DNA of 40,277 bases from Planctomycetaceae bacterium (GTDB lineage: Bacteria; Actinomycetota; UBA4738; HRBIN12): contig JBLMXP010000035.1 of the NCBI GenBank assembly GCA_050257835.1, positions 1 to 40,277 of the forward strand, in the 5' to 3' direction. Positions 1 through 8,882 of the stretch are shown one piece after another. The stretch's first letter is position 1. Each line of letters begins with the position of its first letter. Under the pieces are notes generated by a model. That model did no database searches. It had not been told where the DNA came from and worked only from the letters and a program-made list of their open reading frames with translations. Made by a program: the position numbers and the translations under genes.

Positions 1-173
1 GGACGTCGCGCAGGCCGACCCCGGTGCCGCTCACGGCTGTGACGCTATCCCGTCCGGCGCGAGGCCTCGCACGGCCGCCGACGACTCGGCGCGCGCACGT
101 CGTACGGCCGACTGCCGCGAGGCGCCCGTGCCGTGCCGACAGCCGGCGACCACACCTCGGTGGTACGGCGTAC

Positions 174-210
174 GACGAGAGCCCGGACCCCTGGGGCCCG
201 GGCTCTCGTC
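174..210 (-). terminator. GC-rich hairpin downstream of ino1 (13-bp perfect stem, 11-nt loop)
   Basis: GACGAGAGCCCGG (174-186) pairs perfectly with CCGGGCTCTCGTC (198-210). It lies 64 nt past the ino1 stop at 274. There is no U-tract, so terminator function is inferred. Confidence 0.45.
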
Positions 211-273
211 ACGTGCCGTCGACCTGGTCGACGTCCGGCCGTGCGGCTCGCGCCGGCGGTCGTGGCGTCGGGG

Positions 274-1349
<1,076 letters not shown>

Positions 1350-1353
<4 letters not shown>

Positions 1354-1937
1354 GCCGTGCGCTCCTTCCTGCGCAGCGTCGCGGAGGCGCGACGCTTCTC
1401 GCCCACGGGGGCGGTGATGCCGTACTTCGTGCGTTCCTGCTGGATCAGGCCGTTCAGCCACGCGATGTCGGCCTCGGTGGCGGCACGCCCGTGCTCCAAC
1501 AGCGCGCGCTGGTAGTCGTCGTCCTCGGCCGGGCCGTGGGCGGCGGCCTTGATCTCGTCCAACCGCTCCTGCAGGCCCGCCCGCCGCCGCTCCATCAACC
1601 GGATCCGCTTCTCGGGCGAGAGGTAGCGGAAGAACGCGAGCCGCACCCGGAACCGCGCGTCCTCGCCCTGCCCGTCGGGGGTCGGCTCTTCGAGCAGCTC
1701 GAGGAAGAGCGCCTCGCCCTCGGGTGTGATGCGGTAGACCGTCTTGCGGCGCCCGCCGGTCGCGCCCGATCCCGTCGCCTCCACCGCGCCGTCTCGCTCG
1801 AGACGCCGCAGGGTGGGGTAGAGCGAGCCGTATGAGACCCTGCGCAGGCCGCCGAGTTGCTCTGATAGCTCCCGGGAGAGCTGGTAGCCGTGCATCGGCC
1901 GCTCCTTCAGCAGGCCCAGGATCGCCAGTTCCAACAT
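1350..1937 (-). CDS. PadR family transcriptional regulator
   Basis: The C-terminal 195 aa of track ORF 1350..3191 ([24 protein letters not shown]...[16 protein letters not shown]) is a classic PadR winged-helix N-terminus. ATG is at 1937. The rest of the 613-aa track ORF is R/P/G junk antisense to the MFS gene. A PadR gene upstream of ino1 is a conserved actinobacterial pairing. Confidence 0.9.
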
Positions 1938-1972
1938 CCGTCCGTCCGTTCCGTCGAGGAGGAGCCTCGCGT

Positions 1973-2007
1973 TATATCGGTCCGCTATATCGGCTCGACA
2001 TATATGT
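1973..2007 (-). promoter_or_regulatory. AT-rich promoter/operator region upstream of padR-ino1
   Basis: This is one of the few AT-rich islands in the window. It has a direct repeat TATATCGG at 1973-1980 and 1986-1993 (13-bp spacing) and a perfect 10-bp palindrome ACATATATGT at 1998-2007. It lies 36-70 nt upstream of the PadR ATG. ATGT/ACAT half-sites are typical of PadR operators. Confidence 0.45.
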
Positions 2008-2053
2008 ACCACGACGACGCTCGACGTGTCGAGGAGGCGGAGCCTAGACCGAT

Positions 2054-3256
2054 TCAGGCCGGGATGGGAACCGGCCTGCGGCCGGCGGCGAGCGCCGAGG
2101 CGGCCGCGACCGCGCCCACGGCGCCGCAGCCCAGCCACAGGGCCGTCGGGCTGACGTGGTAGACCGTCGTGCCCACGATCGGGCTCACGACCGCCGCGAG
2201 CGCGTACATCGACCCGAGGGCGCCCTGGTACCGGCCACGGGCGTGCTCCGGTGCGCGGTCCGCGACGAACGCCGAGGTCGCGGGCGACTCGACGATCTCG
2301 CCGAGCGTCCAGATCAGCACCATCAGCATCAAGCCGGGGATGGCGGTCACGAAGGCGAGGATCGCGAAGCCGAACCCGACCCCGAGCGCGCCGAGGGCCA
2401 TCATCCTGGTCCGCACCCGGTGCTGGGTCCACGACGAGATCGGCAGTTCGAGCAGCACCACCAGGACCCCGTTCATCGCCTGGAGGAACCCGTAGGTGGA
2501 CACGGAGTAGCCGAGGTCCTGGACATGGAGCGCGAACGTGGTCGCGTTCTGCATGTAGACGGCCGCGGTGAGGAACACGCAGCCGAGGGCGAGCAGGAAG
2601 CCGGTGTCGGCGCGGATCGACTCCCTGGCGGTCCTGAGGTGCCGTTCCTCGTGGCGGCTCGTCCGCACGCCGTGGGGGAGCCCCACGAACGCGACGGCAG
2701 CGAAGCCCAGGCTGGTCGCCGCGTCCCCGATGAACATCAGGTCCGGGGAACGCTCGTACAGGATCCCGCCGAGCGCGAGCCCGACGGCCCAGCCGAGGTT
2801 CAGCAACATCCGGTAGGCGCTGAACGCGGCCACCCGCGCCCTCGGATCGACGAGGTCGGCGATCAACGCGCTCGACGCCGGCCGGTACAGCTCCGCGACG
2901 AGGCCCATCAGGAACACCAGCCCGACCACGCCCCAAAGGGAGCGGACCTCGAGCAAGGCGAGGGCGCACGCGGCGCCGCCCACCATGGACAGCACGATCG
3001 TGTTGCGCCGCCCGAGGCGGTCCGCGAGGAGGCCGCCGAGGCCCTGCGCGCCGAACGCCCCGACGCCGTAGGCGGCCAGGCCGAGCCCGGCCTGTGGCAC
3101 CGAGTAGCCGCGGCCCCGCAGGTACAGGGTGATGAACGGCAGCACGAAGGTGCCCAGCCGGTTGACGAAGGCGCCCGCGAACAAGATCCATGCCTCGCGC
3201 GGAAGCCCGCGGAGGTTCTCCCGCAGCGACGGCCGCCCGGGTGCGGCGTCGGTCAC
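2054..3256 (-). CDS. MFS transporter
   Basis: Polytopic membrane protein with MFS motif A (GLLADRLGRRNTIV) and about 12 hydrophobic segments. The start is placed at GTG 3256 (VTDAAPGRPSLREN...), giving a GTGA overlap with the stop of the upstream PNPOx-like gene. The 61 N-terminal codons of the track ORF are R/P-rich and overlap that gene. Confidence 0.8.
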   Translation of the reverse strand: MTDAAPGRPSLRENLRGLPREAWILFAGAFVNRLGTFVLPFITLYLRGRGYSVPQAGLGLAAYGVGAFGAQGLGGLLADRLGRRNTIVLSMVGGAACALALLEVRSLWGVVGLVFLMGLVAELYRPASSALIADLVDPRARVAAFSAYRMLLNLGWAVGLALGGILYERSPDLMFIGDAATSLGFAAVAFVGLPHGVRTSRHEERHLRTARESIRADTGFLLALGCVFLTAAVYMQNATTFALHVQDLGYSVSTYGFLQAMNGVLVVLLELPISSWTQHRVRTRMMALGALGVGFGFAILAFVTAIPGLMLMVLIWTLGEIVESPATSAFVADRAPEHARGRYQGALGSMYALAAVVSPIVGTTVYHVSPTALWLGCGAVGAVAAASALAAGRRPVPIPA

Positions 3257-3918
3257 GAGAGGGCGCCGGGGCGGCGCCAGCCGGTCACGTACCCGGGGGT
3301 CGCGATGCCCTCGCGCAGCAGCGGGTCGGGCTCGGGCTCGCCCGGCGTCATCCGCAGCGGCAGGATCCCGGCCCACACGTCCAGGTCGTAGTCGGCCTCC
3401 GCGTCCTCGGCGTGGCCGGTCGAGATCTTCGCGGAGCATTCGTCGAGCGCGACGGCGACGAACGTGGTCTGGCGGAGCTCGTCAGGGCTCGGCGGGCGGG
3501 CGTCGGCCGAGCGGCCGGGCGCGACGTGATCGGTGATCGCGTCGAACACCTGCGCCAGCTCGGCCTCGTCGGTCACCTCGCGGGCGACGCCGTACACGAT
3601 CACGGTCCGGTAGTTCATCGAGTGCTCGAACATCGAGCGGGCGAAGCGGATCGCGTCGACGATCGTGACGGCGATCGCCACGGGCAGGCCGCGCTTGATC
3701 GCGCGGAGCGTGCTCGAGGCGTTGGAACCGTGGACGTAGAGCGTGTCGCCGATCCGTGTGTGGATCGTCGGGATGATCCGCGGGTCCCCGTCCTCGCCGA
3801 CCCAGGACAGGTGGCAGTAGAGCGCCTCGTCGCAGATCGCGTCGACGGTCGCACGGTCGTAGGCGCCGAGCTCGGGGAGCCGGCGGACGCGCGCGCGCGG
3901 TGTGGGCGCCTCGGTCAT
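3253..3918 (-). CDS. pyridoxamine 5'-phosphate oxidase family (NimA-like, COG3467-type) flavoprotein
   Basis: 221 aa. Motifs ...LYVHGS..., HSMNYRTVIVYG and VWAGILPLR are typical of the PNPOx-like split-barrel family. ATGA overlap with the upstream paralog. Confidence 0.8.
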   Translation of the reverse strand: MTEAPTPRARVRRLPELGAYDRATVDAICDEALYCHLSWVGEDGDPRIIPTIHTRIGDTLYVHGSNASSTLRAIKRGLPVAIAVTIVDAIRFARSMFEHSMNYRTVIVYGVAREVTDEAELAQVFDAITDHVAPGRSADARPPSPDELRQTTFVAVALDECSAKISTGHAEDAEADYDLDVWAGILPLRMTPGEPEPDPLLREGIATPGYVTGWRRPGALS

Positions 3919-4568
3919 GGCCGTCGGAGCTCCCGCAGGTAGGGGGGCGCGGGCACTCCCGGCTTCAGGTCCGGGGCCGGCGTGGGCTCGCCCGGGACCG
4001 TGCGCAGGGGGAGGGTCCCGGCCCAGACGTCGCGGTCCAGGTCCTCGGGGTCGTCGATCGGTGGGCCGGTGCGGACCTTGGCGCTCGCCTCGGCGATCGG
4101 CAGCTTGAGGATCAGCGTCTCGCGCCAGTCCTGTTCGTCGGGCTCTCCGGCTTCGTCCTCACGCCCGGGGAGCACGTGACGGGTGATCGCCCTGGCCGCG
4201 TCGGCGAGCTCGGCCGGGTCGGTGACCTCCTCGGCGGCGCCGTAGACGACGGCGCTGCGGTAGTTCATCGAGTGCTTCGGCGAGGTGCGGGCCAGGACCA
4301 GCTCGTCGACGACCGTGGCGACCACGCAGATCTCGGCGCCGGTCGCGACCGCCTTCCACGCGCGCGCGGCGCGCGAGCCGTGCAGGTAGAGCGTGTCGCC
4401 GACCCGGGCCCCGATCGTGGGGAGCGCCCGCGCGCGGCCCTCAGGATCGACCCACGCGATCGTGCAGGTCAGGGCGTCGTCCAGGACGCGGTGCACCGTC
4501 GAGGCGTCGTAGTCGGCGCGCTCGGGGTGGCGGTGGACGCGCGTGCGCTCGCTCGGGGCCTCGGCCAT
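3915..4568 (-). CDS. pyridoxamine 5'-phosphate oxidase family (NimA-like) flavoprotein, tandem paralog
   Basis: The start is set at ATG 4568 (MAEAPSERTRVHRHPE...). It shares LYLHGS, HSMNYRSAVVYG and VWAGTLPLR with the downstream gene. A TAGCAT hexamer (plus 4576-4581) lies 7 nt upstream of the ATG, which is leaderless-promoter geometry. Confidence 0.8.
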   Translation of the reverse strand: MAEAPSERTRVHRHPERADYDASTVHRVLDDALTCTIAWVDPEGRARALPTIGARVGDTLYLHGSRAARAWKAVATGAEICVVATVVDELVLARTSPKHSMNYRSAVVYGAAEEVTDPAELADAARAITRHVLPGREDEAGEPDEQDWRETLILKLPIAEASAKVRTGPPIDDPEDLDRDVWAGTLPLRTVPGEPTPAPDLKPGVPAPPYLRELRRP

Positions 4569-4612
4569 GGCCGAGATGCTACCGAGCGGCGGCCGTCGGT
4601 CGCCGGGCGGGC

Positions 4613-4843
4613 TCAGGCGTCGTCGTGCTCGGCGCTGGCTTCCTCGGCGCTCTTGTGGTGACGGAACCACTTGCCGCCGCTGAAGAAGTGGGCGTGACCC
4701 TCGTGGATGTAGTCGACGTGGTCGCCGTGCTGCACCGCCTCGTGGCCGCACCCCTCGCCGTGCACGTGGGTGCCGAGCTCGTCCTCGGTGACCTCGGTGA
4801 ACGCCTGGGGCTCTTCGAAGAACGCGGGTGGGAACGCACTCAT
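4613..4843 (-). CDS. small histidine-rich putative metal-binding protein
   Basis: 76 aa with 11 His and 1 Cys concentrated in THVHGEGCGHEAVQHGDHVDYIHEGHAHFF...RHHK. Coding-like codon usage. A TAGGGT hexamer (plus 4850-4855) lies 6 nt upstream of the ATG. I recognise no characterised family. Confidence 0.55.
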   Translation of the reverse strand: MSAFPPAFFEEPQAFTEVTEDELGTHVHGEGCGHEAVQHGDHVDYIHEGHAHFFSGGKWFRHHKSAEEASAEHDDA

Positions 4844-4859
4844 AGCCGCACCCTACCGC

Positions 4860-5672
4860 TCATCCGACCTCGAGATGCATCCGGCGGGCCGCGCGGTCCA
4901 GCGCCGCGAGCAAGGGCCGCCCCAGGGCCAGCACGAGCACCGCGTTGCCGACGGCGCGGAACGAGTCCCACGCGAACGACGTGATCGCGTAGTAGGCGGC
5001 GTAGTGGCGCAGGTTCGTGGCCGCCCCGGCGCCCGGGTCCCACGCGATCGCGGTGCCGTCGGTGACGAACGGCCACGACCACAGGTTCATGATCGCGCCG
5101 TACAGGTAGCCGCTGGCGACGCCGTAGGCGGCGAGCAGCAGCAGCCGCGTCCGCCACGAGTCGCCGTGGGGCACCATGCCGGCTCCGGCGCCGACCCAGC
5201 CCACCGCGACCATCTCGAACGGCAGCCATGGTCCGAGCCCGCCGACGAACAGCCCGCTCGCGAAGGTCCCCACCGCCCCCAGCAGGAACCCGAACGCCGG
5301 GCCGAAGGCGTTGCCGGCGACGAGCACCACGATGAACATCGCGCTGAACCCGGCGACGAACCCGGGGAGGCGCAGCGCCACCATCGCCGCGCCGAGGACG
5401 CCGAGCAGCGCGACCGTCTTCGGACCGAGGCCACCCCGGCCGAGCTCGAGGAACAGCAGGGCCGCCAGGATCGTGCCGATCCCCGCGAGCAGCCAGGGGC
5501 CGTCGGCGCCGTGGTTGCCGCCGGCGGCGCCCGACAGCGCCGGCAGGACGAACGGCCAGAAGAACGCGATCGCCCCGAGCAGGTTCGCCACGACGAGCAG
5601 CGTGAGCCGCACGCGGGTGCCGCTCCTGGGGACCGAAGCGGTCGTGGCGGGGGCGTCGAGGGCGACGTTCAC
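4860..5672 (-). CDS. polytopic membrane protein, putative ECF transporter substrate-capture (S) component
   Basis: The C-terminal 270 aa of track ORF 4860..6494 are hydrophobic with about 6-7 TM segments. GTG start at 5672 forms a GTGA overlap with the ATPase stop. Its position as last gene of the T/A-A'/membrane unit suggests the S component. The family assignment is inferred from context. Confidence 0.6.
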   Translation of the reverse strand: MNVALDAPATTASVPRSGTRVRLTLLVVANLLGAIAFFWPFVLPALSGAAGGNHGADGPWLLAGIGTILAALLFLELGRGGLGPKTVALLGVLGAAMVALRLPGFVAGFSAMFIVVLVAGNAFGPAFGFLLGAVGTFASGLFVGGLGPWLPFEMVAVGWVGAGAGMVPHGDSWRTRLLLLAAYGVASGYLYGAIMNLWSWPFVTDGTAIAWDPGAGAATNLRHYAAYYAITSFAWDSFRAVGNAVLVLALGRPLLAALDRAARRMHLEVG

Positions 5673-7240
5673 GCCAGCGCCTCCGCGACCTGCTCGGGGG
5701 TGAGCCAGCCGGGGCCGAAGACCCGCGTCATCTGCGGCGCGAACACGTGCGAGTCGCCGAGGACCGCGGCGGGGCTCCCGTCGGCCACCACCTCGCCTCC
5801 GGCCAGCATCACGACGCGTGTGGCCACCGCTGCGGCGAGCTCCACGTCGTGGGTCGCGACGATCGCCGCGCCGCCGTCGGCCGCGTGCGAGCGCAGGAAC
5901 CGGACGAGTCGGTCCTTCGAGGCGGGGTCGAGCCCGCGGGTGGGCTCGTCGAGCAGGAGCAGTGGCGCGCCGGTCGCCGCGATCGCGGCCGTCGCGACCA
6001 GTAGACGCTCTCCGGCCGACAGGTCGCGTGGATGGCGCGCGGCGAGCTCGACGATCCCCAGCCGCTCGAGCCAGGGCGCGGCCGCGTCGACGTCGCCGCG
6101 GGCCTGGAGGGTCACGCGAACCTCGCGTTCGACCGTGTCGTTGAACAAGATCGCGTCGGACTCCTGAGGACACAGCGCCGCGCTCATGCCCGGGCGCGGT
6201 CGCTCGCCGAGCACGCGGACGACGCCCGCGGAGGGGACGTGCACGCCCGCGAGGGTCCGCAACAGCGTCGACTTCCCGGCGCCGTTGCGGCCCATCAGCG
6301 CGATCGCTTCGCCCTCGCGGACCTCGAGGTCGACACCGCGGAGCGCCGGGACGTCCTCGTAGGCGGCGTCGAGGGCGCGGGTGGAGGCGAGGACCTCGCC
6401 GAGGACCTCGCGGGATGGCGGTCGGCGCGGACCGAGCGTGCGGGTGCGCGCGGCCGCGCGCGCGTCGCGGACGGTGAGCGGGACCGGGGTCCACCCGACG
6501 AGCCGTCCGAGCCTCGCGACCGGCGGGCCGCTCGCGAGGTCATGGATCACCGTGGCGGGCTCCCCGATCTGCACGCGGCCCTGCTCGAAGCCGAGAGCGA
6601 CGTCGACCCACCCGGCCACGCGCTCGAGGCGGTGCTCGGCGAGCAGCACCGTCATCCCGTGGTCGTGGACGAGGCGCTGCAGCGCCGCCATCACGTGCTC
6701 GGCCCCCTGCGGGTCGAGCTGGGAGGTCGGCTCGTCCAGGACGAGGATCCGTGGGCCGGCGGCGAGGGCGGCGGCGATCGCCACGCGCTGGCGCTCCCCG
6801 CCCGAGAGCGAGCGCACGCTCCGCCCGCGCAGGTCCGCGAGGTCGAGCAGGTCGAGCATCTCCTCCACGCGCCGGCGCATGTGCGCCGGGTCGATCCCGA
6901 GGTTCTCCATCCCGTAGGCGAGCTCGTCCTCGACCAGGTCCACGACGAAGGATGCCCCCGGGTCCTGAGGGACGAACGCGACGACGTCGGCGAGTCGTCG
7001 CGGCGGCGCGGTGCGCGTGTCGCGCCCACCGACGCGCACGCGCCCCGTGAAGGTGCCACCCGTGAAGTGCGGAACCAGCCCGTTCGTGGTCCGCAGGAAC
7101 GTGGACTTGCCCGCGCCGGTCGGGCCGAGCGCCAGCGCGAAGACGCCCTCGCCGATCGCGACGTCCACCCCGTCGAGGGCGCGGCGCGGCGCGTCAGGGT
7201 AGGTGAACGACACGTCGTCGAAGCGCAGGGCGTCGGTCAT
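5669..7240 (-). CDS. ECF/ABC transporter ATPase, fused duplicated ATP-binding domains (A-A')
   Basis: 523 aa from MTDALRFDDVSF... It has two complete ABC cassettes: Walker A GPTGAGKST and GRNGAGKST, signatures LSGGERQR and LSAGERLL, and Walker B ILVLDEPT and LLLLDEPT. ATG at 7240 overlaps the T-component stop (ATGA). Confidence 0.9.
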   Translation of the reverse strand: MTDALRFDDVSFTYPDAPRRALDGVDVAIGEGVFALALGPTGAGKSTFLRTTNGLVPHFTGGTFTGRVRVGGRDTRTAPPRRLADVVAFVPQDPGASFVVDLVEDELAYGMENLGIDPAHMRRRVEEMLDLLDLADLRGRSVRSLSGGERQRVAIAAALAAGPRILVLDEPTSQLDPQGAEHVMAALQRLVHDHGMTVLLAEHRLERVAGWVDVALGFEQGRVQIGEPATVIHDLASGPPVARLGRLVGWTPVPLTVRDARAAARTRTLGPRRPPSREVLGEVLASTRALDAAYEDVPALRGVDLEVREGEAIALMGRNGAGKSTLLRTLAGVHVPSAGVVRVLGERPRPGMSAALCPQESDAILFNDTVEREVRVTLQARGDVDAAAPWLERLGIVELAARHPRDLSAGERLLVATAAIAATGAPLLLLDEPTRGLDPASKDRLVRFLRSHAADGGAAIVATHDVELAAAVATRVVMLAGGEVVADGSPAAVLGDSHVFAPQMTRVFGPGWLTPEQVAEALA

Positions 7241-8049
7241 CGGGGCGCTCGGCTCTGCAGGAGCCCCGGCGCGGCGAGCAGCGCGAGCGCGCCGAGCAGG
7301 GCCGGGGAGGGCGACGGCCACGCGAGCGGCGAGGTCGAAGGGTGCAGCGGCGCCCAGCCGCCGACCGACGCCGCGACGAACACGGCCGCACCCGCCGCCC
7401 CGGCGAGCGCGACCGCGACCGACGGGGCGTTCCATCGCTGCGGCCGGTAGCGCGAGCGCGTCCCGCGACCGTGGCCCCGCGCGTCCATCGACTCGGCGAG
7501 GGTGACCGCCTCCTCCATCCCGCGTTCGAGCACCGGCACGGCGAGCGCCGGGAGCGAGCGCACGCCGTTGGCCCGGAGCCCGCGCAGGCGCTGGGCTTCG
7601 CGGACCTGCCCCACCCCCGCGATCGTCCGCGGCGCGATCGAGAGGGCGAGCGCCGCGGCGAGCGCCGGCTCGTGGAACCGCCGCGGCGCCATGCGCACGA
7701 GGCCGAACGGGTCGGTGACCGCGTTGAACGTCCCGAACACCACGAGGATCGTCGCCAGGCGGAGCCCCTCGAGGAACGCGAACGCCACGCTGGCGGCGTT
7801 CACGGTGCCGAGGAACACGAGCGCGGTCCTGATCGCGACCGCCGTCACGCCCGCCAGCAGGAACACACGGAACGAGCGCGCCGTCGGCCCGGGCACGCGA
7901 TGGGTCGCGTACACGAACCACGCGACCGCCCACAGCACGAGCAGGTAGACCGGGTCGGTCGTGACGAAGGCGACGACCGTCGCCGCCGTGGCCCACGCGA
8001 TCCACGCGCCGGGGTGGATCTGCGCACGCCCGGCCGCCGCCGTGCTCAT
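7237..8049 (-). CDS. ECF transporter transmembrane (T) component, CbiQ/EcfT family
   Basis: 270 aa from MSTAAAGRAQIHPGAW... It is hydrophobic, with the CbiQ-type region ...EAQRLRG... and ...AESMDARGHG. ATG at 8049 overlaps the stop of the upstream gene (ATGA). Confidence 0.8.
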   Translation of the reverse strand: MSTAAAGRAQIHPGAWIAWATAATVVAFVTTDPVYLLVLWAVAWFVYATHRVPGPTARSFRVFLLAGVTAVAIRTALVFLGTVNAASVAFAFLEGLRLATILVVFGTFNAVTDPFGLVRMAPRRFHEPALAAALALSIAPRTIAGVGQVREAQRLRGLRANGVRSLPALAVPVLERGMEEAVTLAESMDARGHGRGTRSRYRPQRWNAPSVAVALAGAAGAAVFVAASVGGWAPLHPSTSPLAWPSPSPALLGALALLAAPGLLQSRAPR

Positions 8050-8882
8050 GCCGCGCCCCGCGAACGGGACCGGAGGCGGAGCCAACCGCCTGCCCCGAGG
8101 AGCCCGGCGAGCGCCACCGCCGCGAGCAGCCCCGTGGGGAGGCCGCCCCCGCTCGACGGCGTCGCCGGCGGGGCGGCCGCGCGCGTCCGCGCCGTCGCCG
8201 TCTCGGCGGAGGTCTCGAGCGTCGGCGACGGGCTCGACGGGCGGCGGGTCCGCGTGGCGGTCGGTCGAGCCGAGGGGCTCGCCGCCGTGGTGGGCTTCGC
8301 CGCCTGGGTCGGGGAGGCCGCGGCGGTGGACGCCCGCGTCGGGGGGGAGGTCGCGGTGGAGCGCGCCGCCGCCGGCGGGCACACCGCGTCGATCGTCGTC
8401 GAGGGTGGCGCCGGGTGGTTCGTGCCGGAGTCGCCTGCCCCCCAGGACCAGCCGTCGAGGTCGCCGTCGCCGACCTTCGCCTCGCCGGCCCCGGTCGACG
8501 CCCAGGTCCACCCGCCGTGGCCGTTCCCGTGCCAGTACCCCCAGTAATCCGGGTAGTCGGCGAAGCAGTCGTCGCCGGCGGGGCCGACGCCGTCGAGCCG
8601 GCACACGGCGAGCCCGCCCAGACCGAATCCGTACGACAGGCCGTACTGCGCGTGCGCCAGCTCGATCAGGTGCAAACCCGAGACGGTGCCTGCGTCGAGG
8701 GCCACGCAGTACTCGAGGACCCGCGATCCGGTGTCGACGACCAACCCGGCGTGGGGGCCGCTCGTCGCGGCGCAGACGGGGTCGGTGCGCGAGGCGGCCG
8801 GCGCCGCGACGAGCGCGAGCGCGAGCGCGAGCACGGCCACGAGGGCCATCGCTCGGGGGCCCAGCGCGTCGCGAGGTCGCAT
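8046..8882 (-). CDS. secreted, C-terminally membrane-anchored protein with DUF4430-like (transcobalamin beta-domain-like) module
   Basis: 278 aa.
- Signal-like N-terminus (MRPRDALGPRAMALVAVLALALALVAAPAAS).
- A Cys-containing roughly 120-aa domain ending YWGYWHGNGHGGWTWASTGAGEAKVGDGDLDGWSWG.
- About 100 aa of P/T/S/A-rich linker.
- A C-terminal TM helix plus RLRSRSR tail.

ATG 8882 overlaps the upstream stop by 1 nt (TGATG). An alternative start is M12. Confidence 0.7.
   Translation of the reverse strand: MRPRDALGPRAMALVAVLALALALVAAPAASRTDPVCAATSGPHAGLVVDTGSRVLEYCVALDAGTVSGLHLIELAHAQYGLSYGFGLGGLAVCRLDGVGPAGDDCFADYPDYWGYWHGNGHGGWTWASTGAGEAKVGDGDLDGWSWGAGDSGTNHPAPPSTTIDAVCPPAAARSTATSPPTRASTAAASPTQAAKPTTAASPSARPTATRTRRPSSPSPTLETSAETATARTRAAAPPATPSSGGGLPTGLLAAVALAGLLGAGGWLRLRSRSRGAA

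Noticed and set aside
1-173. A possible gene fragment at the left edge, for example a minus-strand GTG at 34 (VSGTGVGLRDV...) or plus-frame ORFs 24..299 and 128..565.
   Set aside because: The fragment is too short and too compositionally ambiguous to support a call. Only the hairpin at 174-210 is reported.
4860-8049. Interpreting the riboswitch-controlled ECF genes as a CbiMNQO cobalt importer.
   Set aside because: No CbiM-like protein is present: the membrane protein lacks the N-terminal Met-His metal-binding start, and there is no CbiN. The ATPase is a fused A-A' type, and the operon leads with two secreted binding-type proteins.
8046-8150. The C-terminal ...GGGLPTGLLAAVALAGLLGAGGWLRLRSRSRGAA as an LPXTG sortase sorting signal.
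   Set aside because: The motif is LPTG (four residues), not LPxTG or LAxTG. The hydrophobic helix plus basic tail is equally consistent with a plain C-terminal membrane anchor. It is left as 'anchor' only.
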